Shown here piece by piece: positions 16,761-23,247 of a stretch of 23,247 nt of DNA. Source of the DNA: Planctomycetota bacterium (GTDB lineage: Bacteria; Planctomycetota; B15-G4; JADJEK01); contig JBGAIQ010000077.1 in assembly GCA_044225365.1 (NCBI GenBank), positions 1-23,247 on the forward strand. The letters run 5' to 3'. Position numbers and translations under genes: made by a program. Positions within the stretch are counted from its first letter, which is position 1; every line of letters starts with the position of its first letter. The notes beneath the pieces were generated by a model. That model did no database searches. It had not been told where the DNA came from and saw only the letters and a list, made by a program, of their open reading frames with translations.

Positions 16761-17672
16761 ATGATCGTGACGAAGCCGACCGAGTTCGTGCAAGCATTCT
16801 CTGCTCTTCCCGCGCGATTCGAGCAGGCCGTACCGCAGGCCGTTTTCCTCGTCGCCCCGCACCGTTTCGCTCTCGAAGCGGAGTCCGCGCGCGACAACGT
16901 CTACATGCGAATGGACGCGCTCGTCGACCCCGAGCGTGCCGCCGCCCAGCACACGGCGCTCGTCGGCGCGATCGCTGCGCTCGGTATTCCTGTCGTCGTA
17001 TTCCCCGGGATCGAGGAGCAAAGGGACGGCCTGTTCCCGAACAACGTGTTCGCGACCACGGAAGATCGGTTCATCGTCGGTGCGATGCGCCATCCGGCGC
17101 GGCAGGCCGAGGCGCGCCGCGAGGACGTTCGTTCCCACTTCGCGCGCGGTGGGCGCAGGCTCATCGATCTGTCGGCGCAAGACTGCGTCGCCGAGCTCAC
17201 GGGCCCGCTGGTGATCGACCGCGCAAGAAGAGTCGGACTCTGCGGGACGACGCCGCGAGTCGACGAAGCAGGACTCCGCGCGATGCATGAAGCCTTCGAT
17301 CTCGCGCTCACGTTCCGCTTCGCGCTCGTCGAGACCGAATATCACACGAACGTCGTGCTCTCGGTCCTCGCCGGGCGAGCGTGTGTGATCCATCGGGAAT
17401 CGTTCTCCGATCCCGCCGTCGCGCGGGCGATCGAACGCGCCTACGAGGGCGCGACCATCGTGATCGATGATGCAGAGAAGGCGGCGTTCGCGGGCAACTG
17501 CATTGCCCTCACGAAGCGCGACGTGTTCCTGTCGAAGACCGCCGATTCCGCGCTGCGCCCAGCCACGCGAGCTCGATTCGCAGCGCTCGGATTCGCGCTG
17601 CACGCCATTGCGGTCGACGAGATCGAGAAGGCGGGCGGCAGCGTGCGATGCATGATCGGCGAGGTGTTTTGA
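16761..17672 (+). CDS. Amidinotransferase / arginine deiminase-related (pentein, CtlX-like) hydrolase
   Basis: DGLFPNN, YHTNVVLSV, FAGNCI and C-terminal catalytic GGSVRCMI motif. Confidence 0.9.
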   Translation: MIVTKPTEFVQAFSALPARFEQAVPQAVFLVAPHRFALEAESARDNVYMRMDALVDPERAAAQHTALVGAIAALGIPVVVFPGIEEQRDGLFPNNVFATTEDRFIVGAMRHPARQAEARREDVRSHFARGGRRLIDLSAQDCVAELTGPLVIDRARRVGLCGTTPRVDEAGLRAMHEAFDLALTFRFALVETEYHTNVVLSVLAGRACVIHRESFSDPAVARAIERAYEGATIVIDDAEKAAFAGNCIALTKRDVFLSKTADSALRPATRARFAALGFALHAIAVDEIEKAGGSVRCMIGEVF

Positions 17673-17700
17673 ATTCCGCGTCGGGCCCCAAGTGACGGTT

Positions 17701-18017
17701 CACGATATTGGGAGCGCCAGGCTCCAGCCTGGCTCTTCTCTTATACACGACCCGCTGTTCCGGCGCAGCATCGATCCGGATGCCGGGCTGGAGCCCGGCG
17801 GTCCTGAACTCGGCCCGAAGTTTTTATGAATTCAACGCCGGGCACACCGCCGCAAATGGAAGTACACGATATTGGGAGCGCCAGGCTCCAGCCTGGCTCT
17901 TCTCTTACGACGCGGCCCGCCGCTCCAGCAGAGAGACCATCCGGATGCCGGGCTGGAGCCCGGCGGTCCCGAACTGGGTCCGAGGTTGTTATGAATTCAA
18001 CGCCGGGCACACCGCCG
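17701..18017. repeat. Tandem duplication of a ~152-bp unit, each unit carrying a REP doublet (copies 2 and 3)
   Basis: Units 17701-17852 and 17865-18017. Each has GCCAGGCTCCAGCCTGGC and an inverted GCCGGGCTGGAGCCCGGC. Located between convergent genes. Confidence 0.92.
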
Positions 18018-18028
18018 TGTGCCCCTAC
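18005..18028 (-). repeat. GTAG-type REP hairpin
   Basis: Minus strand GTAG-GGGCACAC-GGCG-GTGTGCCC. Confidence 0.7.
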
Positions 18029-18041
18029 GGCATCGCGGGCA

Positions 18042-19505
18042 TCAGTCGATGTACCCGAGCTGCTTCAGCCGCTCGATCTCCTCGGGGCTGAGGCCCTTGA
18101 GATCCGTCTCGGGCCGCACGGCCTCGACGCGGTGAACGAAGTGCTGGTAATTCGCCGCCTGCCCCTTCCCGGCCGCGGTCTCCGGCTCGATCGGCTTCTC
18201 GGACTGCGGCTTTCCCGCGACCGTGGCGTAGCGCTTCATCGCGCCGCTCGGGCGCTCCACCACGATGCGATCCTGCTTCCATCGCAGAGACGCACGTGAG
18301 CCGACCTGCTCGGGCGGCAACTCGACGTACTTCGTGGGCCCGCCGGCCTTGGTTCCCTTCTCGTCCTTCTCGCGCCATTTGCCCTGACGCTCGCTCGCGA
18401 CGTAATCGTTGATCGACTTGTCGTCCTCGATCGCGGGTCGCAGGCTGAAGCCCTGCACGAGCTTGGGTGGGACGAGGCCGACGTAGTCGAGGATCGTCGG
18501 CATGATGTCGATCGATTCCGCCAGCGCATCGACGTTTTTCCCCGCGTAGCGCGCATCGGGAAAGCGGATGAGCAGCGGTACGTGCGTGACCTCGTCGAAC
18601 AGGAAGGGGTCGTGGGAGAACCACTCGGAATCGTATTCCGTGAACGCCTCTCCGTGATCGGCGGTGATGACGAGGATCGACTTCTCGAGTCGGCCGGACT
18701 TTCGCAACATGTCGAGGAACACGCCGAGCTTCTTGTCGAGATCGAGCAGCCCGGAGTCGTAGCGATCGACCAACGCCTTTGCCTGCGCGGCGCCGATCCC
18801 TCGCTTCTTCCTCGTCTCGGGACTCAATTGATAATCATTACTCGTGTCGTCACCGAAGCGATCCTTCGGATCCTGACAGAAGGGGCGATCTTCCGTGTAG
18901 ATCGCATATGGACGATGCGCATCGTAGTAATGCACCCAAGTGAAGAATGGCGAAGCACCGATGGCATCGAGCCACAGCGTCGCTTTTTCGTTGATCAGAT
19001 TGCCAGGCGGGATCGGGTAATCGGAAAGCCCCTGGATCGGAAGTTTGTAACCGAAGTCGTCGTTCTCCACGATTCGATCGAATCCGCGACCCAGGGCGTT
19101 TCCCTTGCCCATGCCGAGAGGACTGAACATCGCGGTCTTGCGTCCCGCTTGCTGCATCGATTCCCCGAGCGTCGGCACAGAGATCGGGAGTCGAGTGTCC
19201 CACCACAGGAGTCCATGCGAACTGGGGTAGCGGGAGGTCAGGATCGACGCGTGGGACTGCGGCGTGAACGAAGAGTTCGAGAACGCGTTCGTGAACTTGA
19301 CGCACTCCGCCGCGAGCTTGTCGAGATTCGGTGAAGTCTTGCGCGAGTAGCCGTAGCACGAGAGGTGATCGACGCGCGTCGTGTCGAGCGTGATGAGGAT
19401 GACATTCGCGTTCGGGTACCGGATCTTCGAGTCGGTGGATCCCGACTTCGAGCAGGAGAAGAACGCGAGCGTGGCGAGCAGAGCGAAGGCGTGAGACGGG
19501 CGCAA
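18042..19505 (-). CDS. Sulfatase-like (alkaline phosphatase superfamily) lipoprotein
   Basis: NVILITLDTTRVDHL, FTPQSHASILT, WVHYYDAH, ITADHGE, HVPLLI, C-terminal RLKQLGY; lipobox-like FFSC. TTG 19505 has a GAGGAG RBS (alternative start ATG 19538). Confidence 0.9.
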   Translation of the reverse strand: MRPSHAFALLATLAFFSCSKSGSTDSKIRYPNANVILITLDTTRVDHLSCYGYSRKTSPNLDKLAAECVKFTNAFSNSSFTPQSHASILTSRYPSSHGLLWWDTRLPISVPTLGESMQQAGRKTAMFSPLGMGKGNALGRGFDRIVENDDFGYKLPIQGLSDYPIPPGNLINEKATLWLDAIGASPFFTWVHYYDAHRPYAIYTEDRPFCQDPKDRFGDDTSNDYQLSPETRKKRGIGAAQAKALVDRYDSGLLDLDKKLGVFLDMLRKSGRLEKSILVITADHGEAFTEYDSEWFSHDPFLFDEVTHVPLLIRFPDARYAGKNVDALAESIDIMPTILDYVGLVPPKLVQGFSLRPAIEDDKSINDYVASERQGKWREKDEKGTKAGGPTKYVELPPEQVGSRASLRWKQDRIVVERPSGAMKRYATVAGKPQSEKPIEPETAAGKGQAANYQHFVHRVEAVRPETDLKGLSPEEIERLKQLGYID

Positions 19506-19665
19506 AGCGATCTCCTCGTGCGGACGATGATCGAGCATCGGACGGCACCCATTCAATCCTGAAGCGATCGATGGAGCAACACGATGAGTTTTGAACTCGC
19601 GCGAACCGCCCATTGACCCGGCCGTTCGGTAGGCTGCTGCCTGCTCGCGTCGATCGAGGAATCCC

Positions 19666-20583
19666 ATGAAGCATCTGCGTCGTACCGGAACGAGCCTGGC
19701 CGCCGCCATCATCGCGACCCTGTTCGGCGCGCTGACTCCGGCGGCGCGTCCGGTCTCGCCCCTTGCGCAGGACCCCGCTCCCCGCACCCCGCGGCAACAG
19801 GACGTGAAGCAGGACGCCGAACCACAGAAGGAAGGCGCCGCGCCGCCCAAGTCGACGATCGAGGTCTCGGATCCCGCCGTGACGCCCTTGCCCCTTCCCA
19901 AGGGAGCCCCACCCGAGATCAAGGCACTGATCGACGACCTCGCGAAGGATGGCGCGACCGTCGACTTCGAGAAGAAGAAGATCGTCGTGAAGGGCGCGAT
20001 CCTCCTCGACAAGATGAACCCGAACTATCCGATCGAGTACCTGCTCGTGACGAATTCGGGATACACCCACGAAGCGCTTGGCATCGTTCGTGTGACGCCC
20101 TCGAAGCTCAACGCGGCGTTCCTCGCGCTCGGGCTACAGCCCGGGCGGACCGTTCAGTTCGTGAAGCGCACTCCGGAGCCGCCCGCCGAGAAACTGATCA
20201 GCGGCGAGGAGAGCGAGTTCGACGTGATTCCGCCGACGGGACCCGTCGTCGACATCGTGGTGCATTGGAAGGACGAGAAGGGCGAGCACATTCATCCGAT
20301 CGAGGACATGATCCAGTACCTGACGAACGGTCGGCCCTTACCGCGGCGCGGCTTCTGCTTCATCGGATCGCGCTTCGCGCACCTCGTGATCGAGGGTCAG
20401 AAGGTCGAGCGCTTCATGGCCGACGTCGAGGGCAACCTCGTGTCGCTCTATCTGTCGGGTTCGGGGAACTGCGTGTTCGACATGAACAGCGACGAAGGCG
20501 TGGAGCAGTATCTCTACGACGTGAATCCGGCCGTCGTGCCGAAGCGCGGCACGATCGTCACCTTCGAGTTCAATGTCCGATAG
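19666..20583 (+). CDS. Secreted YdjY-domain-like protein
   Basis: GAGG RBS, signal peptide, Pro-rich linker; IEYLLVT..GYTHEAL.....PSKLNAAFLALGL.PG and F.FIGS.F motifs. Confidence 0.75.
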   Translation: MKHLRRTGTSLAAAIIATLFGALTPAARPVSPLAQDPAPRTPRQQDVKQDAEPQKEGAAPPKSTIEVSDPAVTPLPLPKGAPPEIKALIDDLAKDGATVDFEKKKIVVKGAILLDKMNPNYPIEYLLVTNSGYTHEALGIVRVTPSKLNAAFLALGLQPGRTVQFVKRTPEPPAEKLISGEESEFDVIPPTGPVVDIVVHWKDEKGEHIHPIEDMIQYLTNGRPLPRRGFCFIGSRFAHLVIEGQKVERFMADVEGNLVSLYLSGSGNCVFDMNSDEGVEQYLYDVNPAVVPKRGTIVTFEFNVR

Positions 20584-22291
20584 AGTCGACGTCGAACTTC
20601 TGGTTGCGGACGAAGGCGTCGACCTGCTCGACAGGTAGCGGCTTGCTGAACAAGTAGCCCTGGATGATGTCGCAGCCGTGTTCCTTCAGGAAGCGGAACT
20701 GCTGCGCGGTCTCGACGCCTTCGGCGACGACTTCGAGTCCGAGGGCGCGGCTGAGGGAGATGATCGCGGTGGCGATCGCCTCGTCGTTCGATTCCTTGCC
20801 GAGTCCGTCGACGAACGAACGGTCGATCTTCAGCACGTCGAGCGGGAAGCGTCGCAGATAAGCGAGCGAGGAGTATCCCGTCCCGAAGTCATCGACCGCG
20901 ATGCGCACGTTGAGCGCTTTCAGTTCGCGCAGGAGATCGTTCGTAGTTCGCACGTCCTCGACGAGCATGCTTTCCGTGAGCTCGAGTTCGAGCGATCGCG
21001 GCGGGAGCTGAACCTGTTCGAGGACCTCGGCAACGCGCTTGCCGAGTTGACCGATTCGGAACTGCGCGGACGAGATGTTGACGGCCATACGCAGATCGAG
21101 GCCGGAGAGTTGCCAGACCTTGAGCTGCTTCGCAGCCGTTTCGAGCACCCAATCGCCGATCTGGCCGATGAGGCCGATGTCCTCGGCGATCGGGATGAAT
21201 TCACTCGGTGCGATCATTCCCTGCGTCGGATGTCGCCAGCGCACGAGCGCTTCGACACCGATGACCTGTCCCGTCGCGCCGCTCACTTGCGGTTGGTAGT
21301 GCAACAGGAACTGTTGCTGCTTGAGCGCGTTATGCAGATCGGATTCGAGGCGCAGCCGTTCCGTCGTCGCTTCGAGCATCGAGGCTTCGAACATCTCGAA
21401 ATTGTTCCGCTCGCCGCGCTTCGCCCGATACATGGCGACATCGGCGCCGGTCAGCAGGTGATCGACGGTCTTGCCGGCAGGTCCGGGATACGCCGCGATG
21501 CCGATCGACACCGTCGCGTAGACGTCGATGCCATGGAACGGCAGCGGAGCCGTGAGGGCCGAGAGGATCTTCTCTGCGATGACGCGGGCGTCGTCGACCG
21601 ACTCGAGTTCTTCGGCGAGCACGGCGAACTCATCGCCGCCGAGGCGAGCGACGAAGTCGGATCGCCGCAGGCTGCGGCGGAGGCGGTCCGCGATCTGCCG
21701 CAGGAGGGCATCCCCGGCTTCGTGGCCGTAGCTGTCGTTGATGAGCTTGAAACGGTCGATGTCGAGGAAGAACAGCGCGAGCGGCCGCGCCGTGCGATCG
21801 GCCCGCGAGATCGCGCGGTCGACGTGGCTGCGCAGGAGGGCTCGATTCGGCAATCCCGTGAGATAGTCGTAGCGATTGATCGACGCGACCTTCTCTTCGA
21901 GACGCTTGCGCTCGATCGCCTGTCGCAGCGCTCGCCGCAGGAGCGGCCCGCCATCGCGACCCTTGATCAGGTAGTCCTGTGCGCCGAGGGTCGTTGCCTC
22001 CATCGCGATCGATTCGGACTCGCTGTCGGAGAGCACGACGATCGGGATCGACGGAGAACCGGCGCGGACCGTTGCTACGACATCGAGGCCGCGCGCGTCG
22101 GGGAGCGAGAGATCGAGGAGGACGACGTCGTAGTCGCCATCGTTCAGTTGCGCGAGCGCCTCGGAGGCCCGTCGAACGTGCGTGACGGCGAACACCTCGC
22201 GGTCGTCCGCAGCGAGGTAGTTCTTCACGAGGAACGCGTCCGTCGGGTCACCTTCGACGAGCAGAACCTTTGTGGCGTTGCGATCCGACAT
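20570..22291 (-). CDS. Response regulator diguanylate cyclase/phosphodiesterase (REC-GGDEF-EAL)
   Basis: REC VLLVEGD...VLLDLSLPD...YLIK; DYLTGLPNR, RRSD I-site, RLGGDEF; EALVRW, DDFGTGYSS, AEGVET, QGYLFS. Confidence 0.96.
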   Translation of the reverse strand: MSDRNATKVLLVEGDPTDAFLVKNYLAADDREVFAVTHVRRASEALAQLNDGDYDVVLLDLSLPDARGLDVVATVRAGSPSIPIVVLSDSESESIAMEATTLGAQDYLIKGRDGGPLLRRALRQAIERKRLEEKVASINRYDYLTGLPNRALLRSHVDRAISRADRTARPLALFFLDIDRFKLINDSYGHEAGDALLRQIADRLRRSLRRSDFVARLGGDEFAVLAEELESVDDARVIAEKILSALTAPLPFHGIDVYATVSIGIAAYPGPAGKTVDHLLTGADVAMYRAKRGERNNFEMFEASMLEATTERLRLESDLHNALKQQQFLLHYQPQVSGATGQVIGVEALVRWRHPTQGMIAPSEFIPIAEDIGLIGQIGDWVLETAAKQLKVWQLSGLDLRMAVNISSAQFRIGQLGKRVAEVLEQVQLPPRSLELELTESMLVEDVRTTNDLLRELKALNVRIAVDDFGTGYSSLAYLRRFPLDVLKIDRSFVDGLGKESNDEAIATAIISLSRALGLEVVAEGVETAQQFRFLKEHGCDIIQGYLFSKPLPVEQVDAFVRNQKFDVDSIGH

Positions 22292-22403
22292 TCGCTGCGA
22301 CCGATCTTCAGCTACGAAAAGAGCTCCGGCAGCCTTACTCGGCTGCCATCGACGCACCCTCGATATCGGACGACTCGGGTCGAAAACTTTGAAATAAAGC
22401 TCA

Positions 22404-22429
22404 AGGGGTGCAAATAGTCGCACCCCTAC
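22404..22429 (-). repeat. GTAG-type REP-like hairpin
   Basis: Minus strand GTAGGGGTGCGACTATTTGCACCCCT; arms at 22404-11 and 22420-27. Confidence 0.55.
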
Positions 22430-22499
22430 GTGGCGGGTTCGAACCCTGCCGACTCAGATGTGGATCGTAGGGACGAGCGCGGTGTCGACCCGACCGCGC

Positions 22500-23247
22500 T
22501 CAGCGCATCTGCCCGGACTTCGCGTACTTCATCCAACGATCTTCGAGCTCGTGGTACACGTCTTGGCCGTGCGGGACCTCGAAGAGCGTTTCGGAAGTCG
22601 TTCGTTCGCGCTCGAGGAATCCCGACCTCCCGCGAAGCACCGCGAAGCAGATCGTGCGCAGCCAGATCTGCCCGTTCTTGCCCAGCTTCTTCGCGACGAA
22701 GTCGTAGAAGCTCCATGCCTTCGCGAGGTCGGCGTCGGTGAATTGCGAGAGCTTGCGGATGAAGAGTTGGTCGATCGTCGGCCCGATCGCGAGCGCGACC
22801 TCGTTGAAGTTGCCCTTCTGTCCGGACTGCACGGTCTTCTTGCCGTCCGCTTGCGCCTGCTTCGCATACTCGGACTTGCCGTAGTCGAAGCAGGTGACGC
22901 TGTTTCGCCCGAGGTACTCGAACGAAAGGTAGTAGCCCACGGCTTCCTGGAGCCAATCCTGGCCGTCACTGTGATTGCCGCCGGCGTAATGCAGGTCGGC
23001 AAGGAAGTGACCGAGCGCGTGCGCCATCATCCCTTCGATGTCGCCTTCCTTCGGCTGTCGCGAGTAGTTGAGATATCGACCCTTGCCTGCGATGCCGAAC
23101 GTGGCGCCGGCCTTCAAGCGCTCTTCCTTGTGGTCGGTTCCCCAATTGTATCCGTAGTACTGCACCCAGAACTGTTCGTACGACTTGTCGTCGTCGGGAG
23201 TGAAGAAGTACTCCGCGAAGATGTCGTCGGGGATGAAGTCCTGGTAG
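22500..23247 (-). CDS. Partial hypothetical protein (5' end outside the window) with a degenerate gluzincin-like motif
   Basis: Frame is open to the window edge; AHALGH followed by WLQEAVGYY, and AWSFYDF. Confidence 0.75.
   Translation of the reverse strand, partial: YQDFIPDDIFAEYFFTPDDDKSYEQFWVQYYGYNWGTDHKEERLKAGATFGIAGKGRYLNYSRQPKEGDIEGMMAHALGHFLADLHYAGGNHSDGQDWLQEAVGYYLSFEYLGRNSVTCFDYGKSEYAKQAQADGKKTVQSGQKGNFNEVALAIGPTIDQLFIRKLSQFTDADLAKAWSFYDFVAKKLGKNGQIWLRTICFAVLRGRSGFLERERTTSETLFEVPHGQDVYHELEDRWMKYAKSGQMR

Noticed and set aside
17701-18017. CRISPR array or small repeat-encoded proteins
   Set aside because: Only two long units with related middles, inverted arms and no cas genes; the ORFs are translations of the repeat.
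19539-20012. N-terminal extension of the sulfatase-like ORF
   Set aside because: Overlaps the divergent YdjY-like gene; the lipoprotein signal starts near 19505.
22320-22400. c-di-GMP-I riboswitch
   Set aside because: ATGGCAGCC resembles its 3' strand, but the GCAAA and GAAA-tetraloop elements are not in place.
20678-22417. 579-aa plus-strand ORF
   Set aside because: Antisense shadow of REC-GGDEF-EAL.
22432-22450. tRNA gene or att site (GGTTCGAACCC T-arm-like)
   Set aside because: No acceptor stem, D arm or CCA could be built, and no integrase is nearby.

Overview
A high-GC bacterial chromosomal segment. Gene content suggests Planctomycetota, but that is an inference. It holds about 15 coding regions: an interrupted, lower-GC FG-GAP-like secreted gene at the left edge; a secreted protein of three tandem homologous domains with a Gly17 linker; a 1729-aa Ser/Thr kinase-TPR-GAF-sigma54 activator; a secreted beta-propeller-like protein; HDOD, GT39/ArnT-type and GlcG/HbpS-type proteins; an ECF sigma/zf-HC2 anti-sigma operon; GNAT, amidinotransferase, sulfatase-like and YdjY-domain genes; a REC-GGDEF-EAL gene; and a partial gluzincin-like gene. 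Three non-coding signals stand out. (1) A hairpin-dense region of about 410 nt (12213-12626) ends in a strong intrinsic terminator and has a possible antiterminator switch, just upstream of the heme-binding-family gene. (2) A sigma54 promoter for the triple-domain gene is paired with the palindrome CGAGACG-N4-CGTCTCG, which occurs on both sides of the activator gene. (3) REP/REPIN-like repeats occur in several spacers, one family with a compensatory base-pair change. No rRNA, complete tRNA, CRISPR array or transposase was seen.
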